Assembly (NCBI GenBank): GCA_964556215.1
Contig: CAZKVP010000003.1
Coordinates: forward strand, 15,419-79,418
DNA: 64,000 nt
Direction of reading: 5' to 3'
Source of the DNA: an uncultured Phycisphaeraceae bacterium
GTDB taxonomy: Bacteria; Planctomycetota; Phycisphaerae; Phycisphaerales; Phycisphaeraceae
Shown: positions 1-9,324 of the stretch, one piece after another
Layout: each line of letters begins with the position of its first letter
Position numbering within the stretch: position 1 is the first letter of the stretch
The notes under the pieces: model-generated
The model's database searches: none
Told to the model about the DNA's origin: nothing
Seen by the model: only the letters and a program-made list of their open reading frames with translations
Translations under genes and position numbers: made by a program

Positions 1-1398
1 GGCAAACTGATCAACTGCACCTCGGCCTGCGCACCTTGGTTCGCCCGCGGGGCCGCTTTGGGGCAATGGCAGGGCCTGTTCATCTGCGAACCAACCTCCT
101 ATCTGCTCAAGTATGTCCGGATGAAAGAGGACGACAAGGGCCAGCCCCAAGGCACCCAGCCGATCACCGACACCGAATTCCTCACCTCCACCGATGAATT
201 GTTCCGCCCGGTGTTTCTGGCCGACAGCCCGGACGGCTCCCTGTTGGTGGTGGACATGCATGTGGGCATCGTTCAGCACAGCAAATTCGTTTCCGGTTAC
301 TTGCGCCGCTATATCCTCAAATTCGGTCTGGACAAATTCACCGGCTTCGGCCGTTTGTACCGCGTCCGCTCCGTCCGCGAACCGTTGAACCCGCGCCGCC
401 CGGCCCTGGACTCCGCTGACGCCGCCACCTTGGTCAAATGCCTGTCGGATGATTCCGGCTGGTGGCGCGACATGGCCCGCCGCCAAATCGTGGAACGCCA
501 GGTGAAGGATGCCGCCCCCCTCTTGCGCGACCTTTTGAAAACCACCGATCGCGACGAAGTCCGGGTGCAGGCGATGTGGGCCTTGGCCAACTTGGGCGAT
601 TTGAAGGGCACCGACCTGACGGCGCTTATGACAGGTGGCACCGGCACCGGTTTGCGTCTTAGCGTGTGCCAGGCCGCGCTGACCCTGCCGGCCGCCGAAG
701 CCCCGGCGCTATCCGACATGCTGCGGGCTTTCGCGCCGGCCAACCCGGTGGAAGCCGCCGGCGCCATCCGCTTGGCCGCCTCCCTGGGAAATTCAGACTG
801 GCGCGCGTTGGATTGGCTGCTCAAAAACTGGGCCGGCAAACCCTATGTCAACGATGCCGCCTTCGCCGGCCTTGGCAAAAATGCCAAGGCCTACGCCGCC
901 CGCCCCGAGGCCCCGCAGGCGTTTGCCGCCCTCATCGACTCGGCGCATCCGCACGACCAGCCCCTCCCCCCGCCGGTTTTCACGGCCGCCGAGCAAGCCA
1001 GTTTCAAAGCGGGCAAAATCCAATTCGAACTCTGCGCCGGTTGCCACGGCGCCGATGGCGGCGGCTTGGACAACCAAGGGCCGATGCTGGACGGTTCGCA
1101 ATGGGTCAAGGGCGACAAAGACCGCCTGCTGACCCTGCTCTTGTGCGGCCTGACCGGTCCGGTGACCGTGGCCGGCGAAAAGATCGAAGTGCCGATGGAA
1201 ATGCCGGGCCTTGGCCAAAACAAGGACTTCAGCGACAAAGCCATCGCCGATGTGGCCACCTATATCCGCAACGCTTGGGGCAACCGGGCTTCGGCGGTCG
1301 CGCCGGCCGATGTGGCCAAGATGCGCAAACAGTTGAAGGACCGCATCACCACGCCGATGACCGAGCCGGAATTGCTGAAACACTACGGTGACAAATGA
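1..1398 (+). CDS. C-terminal part of a HEAT-repeat / cytochrome c (CxxCH) protein, resembling PVC-type heme-binding proteins; the 5' end lies outside the window
   Basis: Frame 1 is open from base 1; the listed ORF 58..1398 is only the part after the first Met. Heme motif FELCAGCHGADGGG lies near the C-terminus. HEAT-like segment VRVQAMWALANLGD. Confidence 0.7.
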   Translation, partial: GKLINCTSACAPWFARGAALGQWQGLFICEPTSYLLKYVRMKEDDKGQPQGTQPITDTEFLTSTDELFRPVFLADSPDGSLLVVDMHVGIVQHSKFVSGYLRRYILKFGLDKFTGFGRLYRVRSVREPLNPRRPALDSADAATLVKCLSDDSGWWRDMARRQIVERQVKDAAPLLRDLLKTTDRDEVRVQAMWALANLGDLKGTDLTALMTGGTGTGLRLSVCQAALTLPAAEAPALSDMLRAFAPANPVEAAGAIRLAASLGNSDWRALDWLLKNWAGKPYVNDAAFAGLGKNAKAYAARPEAPQAFAALIDSAHPHDQPLPPPVFTAAEQASFKAGKIQFELCAGCHGADGGGLDNQGPMLDGSQWVKGDKDRLLTLLLCGLTGPVTVAGEKIEVPMEMPGLGQNKDFSDKAIADVATYIRNAWGNRASAVAPADVAKMRKQLKDRITTPMTEPELLKHYGDK

Positions 1399-1438
1399 CC
1401 CTGCGGCCGTCATGGCCTTTCCTTATCAGACCTTTCCC

Positions 1439-2257
1439 ATGAAACATTTTCCGACTTGCGCCGCCGTCGTCGCCCTGCTTGGTCTGCTGCCGCTGACCGC
1501 CTGCGCCACCAATCCCACGGCCATGGCACTGGCGCAAAGCCAGATGCCAGGCCAATACCGCCCCGAACCCAAGTTGGACGAACCGGCCGGCTGGCAATCC
1601 CTGTTCAACGGCAAAGACCTCGCCGGTTGGCGCGCCGTCAATGGCAGCCAGAAAAGCCAAGGCAAGGTGGCGAAATTCGAGGCCAAAGACGGCTGCATCG
1701 TCGGCAGCAATGTCGAGGGCTGCACTTGGAATTCCTTTTTGCGTTCCGAACAGGGCTGGTCCGATTTTCTGTTCACCTGCGAATTCAAATGGGACCGGTT
1801 GGGCAACTCCGGCGTGCAAATCCGCTCGCACCAGCTCCCCTGGGGCGTGGGCGCTTGGGATGGCCGGGTTTGGGGCTACCAGGTGGAGATGGACGACAAA
1901 GCCCGCGCCTGGACCGGCGGCATCCAGGAGGAGGGTTGGATGAAACCCGCCCGCGGCTGGCTGCATGATTTGAAAGGCGCAAAATTCGATGCCGCCCGCC
2001 AAGCCGTCAAACTCAAGGAATGGAACCGCATGACGGTGCGCGCCATCGGGCCGCGCATCGAGACCTGGATCAACGGCGTGCCTTGCGCCGATTACACCGA
2101 GAAACAAGTTTCCGCCGATACCCGGGCCGGCTTTTTCGCCCTGCAGATTCATTTCGGTAAGGACATGAGCCAGGTCCGTTGGCGCAATTTGAAAGTCTTG
2201 CCGCTGGGGCCGGTTGCGCCGGCGCCCTTCCCGGCGCCGCCTGAAAAGAAAAAGTGA
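1439..2257 (+). CDS. DUF1080 (3-keto-disaccharide hydrolase-like) lipoprotein
   Basis: Internal ATG at 1439 gives MKHFPTCAAVVALLGLLPLTAC, a lipobox. The body is a paralog of the next gene (QYRPEPKLD, LFNGKDLAGWR, WRNLKVLPLGPVAP). Confidence 0.8.
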   Translation: MKHFPTCAAVVALLGLLPLTACATNPTAMALAQSQMPGQYRPEPKLDEPAGWQSLFNGKDLAGWRAVNGSQKSQGKVAKFEAKDGCIVGSNVEGCTWNSFLRSEQGWSDFLFTCEFKWDRLGNSGVQIRSHQLPWGVGAWDGRVWGYQVEMDDKARAWTGGIQEEGWMKPARGWLHDLKGAKFDAARQAVKLKEWNRMTVRAIGPRIETWINGVPCADYTEKQVSADTRAGFFALQIHFGKDMSQVRWRNLKVLPLGPVAPAPFPAPPEKKK

Positions 2258-2291
2258 CTGATTTTCCCTGTTCGCCTACCCTTACCCTCCC

Positions 2292-3131
2292 ATGAACAAA
2301 CTACTGCTTCCCGCCGCCGCCCTTTTGCTGACTTCGTCCTTGCTGGGGGCTTGCGCGTCCGATGCGACCGCCAATGTTCAGGCCATGGCCCAGGCCACGG
2401 CCGCGTCCAAAGCGCAAGTTGAAGCCCAAAGCCCCGGCCAATACCGCCCCGAGCCCAAGTTGGACAACACCGCCGCCTGGACCGACTTGTTCAACGGCAA
2501 AGACCTCGCCGGCTGGCGCACCATCAACGGCACCAAGGGGCACCAGGCCAAATTCGAAGCCAAAGACGGCCAACTGGTGGCCACCAATGATCTCAAGTGC
2601 GGCCTCAACACCTTCCTGCGCACCGAGCAGGGCTACTCCGATTTCGTCTTCACCTGCGATTTCCTGTGGGATGTGGAATGCAATTCCGGCGTGCAGATCC
2701 GCTCGCACCAGCGGCCCTGGGGCGTCAACGCCTGGGATGGCCGCCTGTGGGGCTATCAGGTGGAAATGGATCCCAGCCCGCGCGCCTGGACCGCCGGCTT
2801 GCAGGAAGAAGGCGGCTCGCCGGCCCGCGGCTGGCTGGTGCCACTCAAAGGCGACAAAATGGCCGCCGCCCGCAACGCCGTCAAACTCAAGGGGTGGAAC
2901 CGCCTGACCATCCGCGCCATCGGCCCGCGCGTTGAGACCTGGCTCAACGGCGTGCCTTGCACCGATTACACCGAACAAAAAGTTTCGCCCGACACCGGCG
3001 CCGGCTTCATCGCCCTGCAAGTCCATTACGGGCACCCCGGCCAACTGCGTTGGCGCAACCTCAAGATTCTGCCGTTGGGGCCGGTGGCTCCCGTTGCATT
3101 CCCCGCCCCCCCATCCCAGGAGAAAAAGTGA
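2292..3131 (+). CDS. DUF1080 lipoprotein, tandem paralog
   Basis: Lipobox LLTSSLLGAC. Collinear similarity to 1439..2257 across the whole length. Confidence 0.85.
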   Translation: MNKLLLPAAALLLTSSLLGACASDATANVQAMAQATAASKAQVEAQSPGQYRPEPKLDNTAAWTDLFNGKDLAGWRTINGTKGHQAKFEAKDGQLVATNDLKCGLNTFLRTEQGYSDFVFTCDFLWDVECNSGVQIRSHQRPWGVNAWDGRLWGYQVEMDPSPRAWTAGLQEEGGSPARGWLVPLKGDKMAAARNAVKLKGWNRLTIRAIGPRVETWLNGVPCTDYTEQKVSPDTGAGFIALQVHYGHPGQLRWRNLKILPLGPVAPVAFPAPPSQEKK

Positions 3132-4492
3132 GCGAAGTCAAAACAGCGTCCGGCCCGTGGTGGCTCAATTTGAGCCGCCCGCAGATCATGGCCTTTGCCG
3201 TCGCCAGCATGGCTTGGTTTTTTGATTGTTTTGACCAGCAGATTTTCAACCTGGCGCGCATGGATGCGGTCAAGTCGCTGGTGACCGGCGATCAGAATCC
3301 GAAAGTATGGGGCGCTTACACCATGACCACTTTTCTGGTGGGTTGGGGCGTGGGCGGCCTGTGGCTGGGGGCTTTGGGCGACAAGTTGGGCCGCGCCCGC
3401 ATGCTGGCCGCCTGCATCTTCATGTATGCCCTGTTCACCGGGCTGTCCGCCTTTTCCCTCTCAGTGTGGGATTTCTGCGGCTACCGCTTTTTGACCGGCG
3501 TGGGTGTGGGCGGGGTGTTCGGCCTGTCGGTGGCGCTGATCAGCGATGTGATCACGGGCGAGGCCCGCCCCAAGGCTTTGGGATTGTTCCAAGCCTTGTC
3601 GACCATCGGCAACATCAGTGCGGGCCTGATCGGCTTGGGCGTCTCCTGGCTGGTGGCCTCCGGCAAATTGACCCCCACTTGGGGCTGGAAAAGCCTGTTC
3701 CTGGCGGGTGCCATCCCCGCGCTGCTCACCGGCTTTTGGGCTCTGACCCTGCGCGAACCGGCCGCCTGGATTGAAGCCCGCGATTCCGGCAAACTGGCCG
3801 CCGCGCGTGCCGGCTCCTACCGTGCGCTGCTTGGCAATGTGAAATGGCGCAAGAACGCGCTGCTCGCCCTGGCCCTGTGCAGCGTGGGCATCATCGGATT
3901 GTGGGGGTTGGGCAATTTCCATCCCGATATTTTGGACTCGGTGCTGCGCAACAAATTCAAGGGCGACAGCCTGGATGCCAAAGGCATGGAGAGCCAGGTG
4001 AGCCAGGCCAAATCCTTCGCCCTGATGGCGCAGAATTTGGGCGGCTTTATCGGCATGCTGCTGATGACGCAACTGGCCCAGCGCTGGTGCCGCCGCGGCG
4101 CCTTCGCCGTCGGCTTTATATGCGCCTGCGCCGCCACCATGCTGGTATTCAAGGGCCTGCGTTCGTACAACGACATCTGGTGGATGATTCCGCTGATGGG
4201 CGCGGCGCAATATTCGCTGTTTGCCGGCTTTGCCATCTACCTGCCGGAATTGTTCCCCTCGGCCCTGCGCTCCACCGGCACCTCGCTGTGCTACAACGGC
4301 GGCCGCTTTGTGGCGGCCACGGCCCCGTTCACGCTCGGGTTGCTGACCAATTATCTGGGGGAAGGCAAAGCGCCGGCTGAAAAAATCGAGGCTTTCCGCA
4401 CCGTCGGTTTTTGGATGTGCCTGATTTTGCTCGCCGGCCTGTTGGTCCTGCCCTTCCTGCCCGAAACCAAGGGCAAGCCCCTGCCTGAGTGA
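3128..4492 (+). CDS. MFS transporter
   Basis: A GTG at 3128 overlaps the upstream stop (GTGA). Multiple hydrophobic helices and the MFS-like motif GALGDKLGRARML. The listed ORF start at 2957 overlaps the previous gene. Confidence 0.8.
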   Translation: MSEVKTASGPWWLNLSRPQIMAFAVASMAWFFDCFDQQIFNLARMDAVKSLVTGDQNPKVWGAYTMTTFLVGWGVGGLWLGALGDKLGRARMLAACIFMYALFTGLSAFSLSVWDFCGYRFLTGVGVGGVFGLSVALISDVITGEARPKALGLFQALSTIGNISAGLIGLGVSWLVASGKLTPTWGWKSLFLAGAIPALLTGFWALTLREPAAWIEARDSGKLAAARAGSYRALLGNVKWRKNALLALALCSVGIIGLWGLGNFHPDILDSVLRNKFKGDSLDAKGMESQVSQAKSFALMAQNLGGFIGMLLMTQLAQRWCRRGAFAVGFICACAATMLVFKGLRSYNDIWWMIPLMGAAQYSLFAGFAIYLPELFPSALRSTGTSLCYNGGRFVAATAPFTLGLLTNYLGEGKAPAEKIEAFRTVGFWMCLILLAGLLVLPFLPETKGKPLPE

Positions 4493-4500
4493 GACCTCCC

Positions 4501-5349
4501 ATGACTTGGACTTTATCCGGCTTTTGCGACGAAGCCTCCGTGATTTTTGCCGAACAAATCGCCGTCGCCAAGCGCGCCGGCCTTTCCACCCTGGATGTGC
4601 GCATCGTCGAAGGGCGCAACATCGCAGATCTAAGCACCGCCGAAGTGGCGCCTTTGGCCGCTGCCGTGCTGGTTGCCAACCTGCGCGTGGGCTCGCTGGG
4701 CAGCGCCATCGGCAAAATCGATCTGAATGATGATTTCACCATCGACCTGGCCCGCTTGGAACGCATCGCCGGCCATGCCGACGCCTTGGCCTGCCGCCAA
4801 GTGCGGGTGTTCTCCACCTTCAACAACGGTGGAGCCCCCATGGCGAAGTGGCGTGAAGTCGCGCTGGAGCGCCTGAATGCCCTTGGCGCGCGCGCCCAAG
4901 CGTTGGGCCTGACCCTGTGGGTGGAAAACGAGCGTCATATTTACGGCGACCGTTTGGCGCAAATGGAAGATATCGCCAACACCACCGGGTTGGGGTTGAT
5001 CTTCGACTTCGACAACTTCCACCAGAGCGGCGACGATCCGTGGGCCAATTGGCTGGCGCTCAAGCCCTTTGTCAAAGCCTTCCATCTCAAGGATTCCAAC
5101 GTCGACTGCGTGCATGTGCCTTTTGGTTCCGGCGCCGGCAAAGCCAAGGAGATTTTGAGCGACGCCAAAGCCGGCGGGTGGAACGGCCTGTTGTCTTTGG
5201 AGCCGCACTTGGCCCGTTCGGCGGCGGTCATGGCCACCGGCCCGCACGGACGCGGTTCGCAGGAAGGCAACGACCCGGTGGCAGCCTTTTTGCTGGGCGC
5301 GCAAGCCTCGCAAAGTTTCCTCGCCTCCATCGGAGTTAACCACGCATGA
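4501..5349 (+). CDS. Sugar phosphate isomerase/epimerase (xylose isomerase-like TIM barrel)
   Basis: Motifs LWVENERHIYGD, FDFDNFHQSGDD, HLKD and LSLEPH. Confidence 0.75.
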   Translation: MTWTLSGFCDEASVIFAEQIAVAKRAGLSTLDVRIVEGRNIADLSTAEVAPLAAAVLVANLRVGSLGSAIGKIDLNDDFTIDLARLERIAGHADALACRQVRVFSTFNNGGAPMAKWREVALERLNALGARAQALGLTLWVENERHIYGDRLAQMEDIANTTGLGLIFDFDNFHQSGDDPWANWLALKPFVKAFHLKDSNVDCVHVPFGSGAGKAKEILSDAKAGGWNGLLSLEPHLARSAAVMATGPHGRGSQEGNDPVAAFLLGAQASQSFLASIGVNHA

Positions 5350-6446
5350 GTTCTTCCTCCAAAAACTTGCGCCTCGCCATTGCCGGTTGCGGCGGCATTG
5401 CCGCTTTCCACGCCCGCGCCATCCATGAAATCCCCGATGCCGAATTGGTCGGTGCCTGTGCCAGAAGCCCGGGCAAAGCCCAGGCTTTTTGCGCCGAACA
5501 CGGTGGCCGCGCCTATCTCACCATTGAAGAAATGCTCGATGCCGAGAAGCCCGATGTGTTGTGCGTCACCACCCCCAGCGGCGCGCATTTGGAAGCGGTC
5601 GAAGCCGCCGCCAGCCGCGGCATTCATGTGATGTGCGAGAAGCCGCTGGACATCAGTTCCAAGCGGATGGAAAAAATCATCGCCGTTTGCGCCAAGCATG
5701 GCGTGCAATTGGGTGCCATCTTCCAGCAACGCATGGGCCCCTTGATGCAACTGCTGCACAAAGCCGTGGAAGACGGCCGCTTCGGCCCCACCCCCATTTT
5801 CCAAGCCTCGGTGCCTTGGTGGCGCGACGATGCCTACTACGGCCCCGGCCGCTGGCAAGGCACCCGCAAAATGGACGGTGGCGGCGCATTGATGAACCAG
5901 GCCATCCACGCGGTGGACCTGCTGCTGTGGCTGGCCCGCGCCGCCCAGCCCGAATTGGCGCCCGAAACCAACCCGGTGGCGCAGGTGTCCTGCTTTGCCG
6001 GCCGCTTCGGCCACGCCGGGGAATCGATGGAGGTGGAAGACACCGCCGTCGTCAACCTCAAATTGCGCAATGGCAAGGTGGCGCAACTGCTGGCCTCCAC
6101 CGCCATGTACCCCGGCTCCTTGCGCCGCTTTCTGGTCGCCGGCCGCGACGGCACCGCCGAAGTGCTGGAAGACCAACTGATCCAATGGACCTTCCGCAAC
6201 GCCACGCCGGAGGATGAAAAGACCCTGGCCCGCTTCGGCCACAGCACCGGCCACGGCGGCGGCGCCGGCGACCCCTTCGCCCTCTCGCATGCCAACCACC
6301 GCGAAAACTTGGCCTCCTTCCTGGCCTGCCTGCGCGCCAACATCCCGTTCGCCTTGTCTGGCGCGGTGGCCAAACAGGCGGTGGAGGTGATTTTGGCGGC
6401 CTATCAATCGAGCGATGCGGGCGGGGCGCCGGTGCAGGTGCGGTAA
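5346..6446 (+). CDS. Gfo/Idh/MocA family oxidoreductase
   Basis: N-terminal Rossmann motif LRLAIAGCGGIAAFHA and the EKP motif (VMCEKPLD). ATGA overlap with the upstream gene. Confidence 0.85.
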   Translation: MSSSSKNLRLAIAGCGGIAAFHARAIHEIPDAELVGACARSPGKAQAFCAEHGGRAYLTIEEMLDAEKPDVLCVTTPSGAHLEAVEAAASRGIHVMCEKPLDISSKRMEKIIAVCAKHGVQLGAIFQQRMGPLMQLLHKAVEDGRFGPTPIFQASVPWWRDDAYYGPGRWQGTRKMDGGGALMNQAIHAVDLLLWLARAAQPELAPETNPVAQVSCFAGRFGHAGESMEVEDTAVVNLKLRNGKVAQLLASTAMYPGSLRRFLVAGRDGTAEVLEDQLIQWTFRNATPEDEKTLARFGHSTGHGGGAGDPFALSHANHRENLASFLACLRANIPFALSGAVAKQAVEVILAAYQSSDAGGAPVQVR

Positions 6447-6672
6447 AGCGGCCTTTTCCAGGGGGCAAATACCGGGGAAAATGCCCGGGAAAAGGCCGCC
6501 CCCATGCGCCCCGATTCCCCTACAATCCCCGCCCCCTCCGAGATACCGGCGCGCGTTGTGGGAACGGCGCTTGGCGTGGGTCGGGGGGTTCCAACTTTTT
6601 TCTGGCGGATTCCGGCATTGCCATCCCCCGCCAGCCCACATTCCTCACAACCCACTTTCGCCAAGGAGCGTC

Positions 6673-8022
6673 ATGAGCACCGCCACCGCTATCGCATCAA
6701 CCCCGTTCAACATCACCGTCACCGAAGCCGGCCCCGCCGCCAAAAAAATCTCCATCGAGATTCCCGAGGCGGTCATTGCCGAGCGCATCACCGCCAGCTA
6801 CGGCAACTACCAGAAGTTCGCCCAACTGCCCGGCTTCCGCCCCGGCCGCGCGCCGCGCCGCCTGATCGAACAGAAGTTCGGCGCCACCATCAAGGATGAA
6901 GTGGCCAAGGAATTGGTCTCCGAGTCCTACCAGGCCGCGCTCAAGGACAACAACCTGGACGCCATCAGCAACCCCGAAGTGGACGGCACCCTGACCTTGC
7001 CGGCCTCCGGCCCGCTGTCCTTCTCGGTGACCATCGAAGTGACCCCCGACTTCAAGTTGCCCGCCTTTGAAACCCTTGAAGTGACGAAGAAATCCTTCAC
7101 CGTCACCGAAGAGGACATCGCTAAGGAAATCAAGGCCCTGGGCGAACGCCAAGGCACCCCCACCACGCCGGAAGGCGCCGTGGAAGCCGGCGACTATGTC
7201 GGCATTTCCCTCAAGGTGCTCGGCGGCCACAACGCCGCCGACGATGCCGAAGTGCTGCTGCACCTGCCGGCCACCTACGCCCTGGTCAACGGCGCCGACA
7301 AGGAGTTCAAGGGCCACTTGGCCGGCATTTTGGTCGAGAACCTGGGCAAAGAACTGGCCGGCAAGGCCAAGGGTGACGTGGTGCGCATCAATGTGGCCGG
7401 CCCCACGGCCCACGAGAACATCGCACTGGTCGGCAAGGACCTGACTTTGGTGCTGACCCTCGACAGCCTGCACCGCATCGTGCCGGCTTCCGCCGAGCAG
7501 ATCGCCACCAAACTCAACTTCGCCTCGGTCGCCGAACTTGAAACCAAAATCAAGGAAGAACTGGTCCAGCGCGCCGAAGTGAATCAAAAGGCCGACCTGT
7601 TCCACCAGATCACCGAGCAGCTGCTCGCCGCGGCCGACTTCGACCTGCCCGCCAAGGTGGCCACCACCCAGGCCCAGCGCATCCTGATGCGCACCCGCTA
7701 CGAGATGCTCTCGCGCGGCGCCAGCGAAGAGGTCGTCGAACAGAAACTCGCCGAACTGCGCGGCGAATCCGATACCGAAGCCAAGAAACAACTCAAGCAG
7801 TTCTTCGTGCTGGACAAGGCCAGCAAGGAACTGGGCATCGAGGTGGATGAGGCCGAAATCAACGGCCGCATCGCCATGATGGCCTTCCAGCAGAACCGCC
7901 GCCCTGACAAAATGCGCGAAGAGATGGCCAAGAACATGCAGATCGAGCAGCTCTACCTGCAGATCCGCGAGCAGAAGACCCTCGACAAGGCCCTCGAAAA
8001 GGCCAAAGTCACGGAAGCCTGA
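6673..8022 (+). CDS. tig: Trigger factor
   Basis: Internal ATG at 6673 is preceded by AAGGAG. Sequence starts FNITVTEAGPAAKKISIEIP, with GFRPGRAPRRLIEQKFG typical of trigger factor. Confidence 0.9.
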   Translation: MSTATAIASTPFNITVTEAGPAAKKISIEIPEAVIAERITASYGNYQKFAQLPGFRPGRAPRRLIEQKFGATIKDEVAKELVSESYQAALKDNNLDAISNPEVDGTLTLPASGPLSFSVTIEVTPDFKLPAFETLEVTKKSFTVTEEDIAKEIKALGERQGTPTTPEGAVEAGDYVGISLKVLGGHNAADDAEVLLHLPATYALVNGADKEFKGHLAGILVENLGKELAGKAKGDVVRINVAGPTAHENIALVGKDLTLVLTLDSLHRIVPASAEQIATKLNFASVAELETKIKEELVQRAEVNQKADLFHQITEQLLAAADFDLPAKVATTQAQRILMRTRYEMLSRGASEEVVEQKLAELRGESDTEAKKQLKQFFVLDKASKELGIEVDEAEINGRIAMMAFQQNRRPDKMREEMAKNMQIEQLYLQIREQKTLDKALEKAKVTEA

Positions 8023-8037
8023 ACCGCCTGAAAAACA

Positions 8038-8070
8038 AAAAAAACTCCGGCCTGCGCCGGAGTTTTTTTG
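8038..8070. terminator. Intrinsic terminator after tig
   Basis: Stem CTCCGGC / GCCGGAG with loop CTGC, extended by an A-run on one side and a T-run on the other. Confidence 0.7.
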
Positions 8071-8072
8071 TT

Positions 8073-8100
8073 TTGCCTTCCGGCGGCGGCTGGCTAGAAT
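8073..8100 (+). promoter_or_regulatory. Sigma70-like promoter: TTGCCT, 16-nt spacer, TAGAAT. The -10 box ends 7 nt before the ATG at 8108, implying a leaderless mRNA.
   Basis: Sequence TTGCCTtccggcggcggctggcTAGAATccacggcATG. Confidence 0.45.
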
Positions 8101-8107
8101 CCACGGC

Positions 8108-8422
8108 ATGACAATCCTGCTGGAAAGCATGCAACCGATCGATCCGGAAAATTCCCGGCGCCTGCTCATCCTGGGCGGACTTGGCATCCTGGCCGCCATC
8201 GCCCTGCTCATCGTCATCGCCGTCGTCCGCAAAAAATACTTCCCCAAGGAAGAGCAGCTCGACCATGCCCCGGCCGGCTTTGGCGTGGGCGACCTCAAGG
8301 ATCTCTACGACCAGGGCCTGATCAGCGACGACGAATACAACGCGGCCCGGGCCAAGATTGTCGCCGCCTCGCACAAGGCGTTCATGACCGCCGGAAAAAA
8401 GGAAAAGGCCGACAAGAAGTAA
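8108..8422 (+). CDS. Small membrane protein with a SHOCT-like C-terminal domain
   Basis: One TM helix (LLILGGLGILAAIALLIVIAVV), followed by DLKDLYDQGLISDDEYNAARAKIV. Confidence 0.6.
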   Translation: MTILLESMQPIDPENSRRLLILGGLGILAAIALLIVIAVVRKKYFPKEEQLDHAPAGFGVGDLKDLYDQGLISDDEYNAARAKIVAASHKAFMTAGKKEKADKK

Positions 8423-8431
8423 GATGGGCCC

Positions 8432-9274
8432 ATGGAGACATTCCGCACCGCCGCCGACATCCGCCTTGCCCGCCAGGCGCAGTTGCGCCAAGGCCAGACC
8501 CTCGCCCTGGTTCCCACCATGGGTGCCTTGCATTCCGGACACCTGGCTTTGGCAAAGGCGGGAAAAAAGCACGCCGACCAGGTGTGGGTGACCGTCTTCG
8601 TCAACCCCACCCAGTTCGGCCCGCACGAAGATTTCCACAAATATCCGCGCCCGCTGGAGGACGACCTGGCCCAATGCCGCGCTGCCGGCGTGAATGGTGT
8701 GTTCCTGCCGGAAGTGGCGACGATGTATCCGCCCGGCGCGATCGAAGTGGACATCGGAGTGCCGGAACTGGCCAAGGACCTGGAAGGCCCCATCCGCCCC
8801 GGCCATTTCAACGGCGTGTGCCGGGTGGTGGCCAAACTGCTGGCGCTGACCCTGCCCGAGGTGGCGGTGTTTGGCATGAAGGATTACCAGCAATTGCGCG
8901 TCATTGAAGCGATGACCGCCGATCTGATGCTGCCCACCCGCATCCTGCCGCACCCCATCGTGCGCGAAGCCGACGGCTTGGCCAAAAGCAGCCGCAACCG
9001 CTATTTGAGTCCGGATGAGCGCCAACGCGCGCTGGGCATCTCACGCGCATTGGACGCCTGTGAGAAATTGGCGAGCCAAGGGGAAACCCGCGCCGCCGTG
9101 CTGGAGGACGCCATGACGCGCACGCTGATCGCCCACGACTTGGGCATTGACTATGCCACGTTGCGCGACCGCAAAACGCTGGTACCCCGGGAAACCTTGG
9201 CGCCAGGCCAAAGCGTGGCCCTGATCACCGCCCGCTGCGGGACGACGCGGCTGCTGGATAACCGGGAGTTGTAG
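8432..9274 (+). CDS. panC: Pantoate--beta-alanine ligase
   Basis: Motifs LVPTMGALHSGHLAL, VFVNPTQFGP and VFGMKDYQQ. Confidence 0.9.
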   Translation: METFRTAADIRLARQAQLRQGQTLALVPTMGALHSGHLALAKAGKKHADQVWVTVFVNPTQFGPHEDFHKYPRPLEDDLAQCRAAGVNGVFLPEVATMYPPGAIEVDIGVPELAKDLEGPIRPGHFNGVCRVVAKLLALTLPEVAVFGMKDYQQLRVIEAMTADLMLPTRILPHPIVREADGLAKSSRNRYLSPDERQRALGISRALDACEKLASQGETRAAVLEDAMTRTLIAHDLGIDYATLRDRKTLVPRETLAPGQSVALITARCGTTRLLDNREL

Positions 9275-9324
9275 GGCTAAACGACTACAATTCCCTCCTT
9301 AAAACCCTTCCACCGAGACCCCCC

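Noticed and set aside
4941-6641. 566-aa ORF on the minus strand
   Set aside because: It is antisense to the well-supported isomerase and Gfo/Idh/MocA genes. Its Gly/Ala/Arg/His-rich composition is typical of shadow ORFs in G+C-rich DNA. No motif recognised.
6697-8298. 533-aa ORF on the minus strand
   Set aside because: It is antisense to trigger factor and has low-complexity G/L/A/F composition. It is a shadow ORF.
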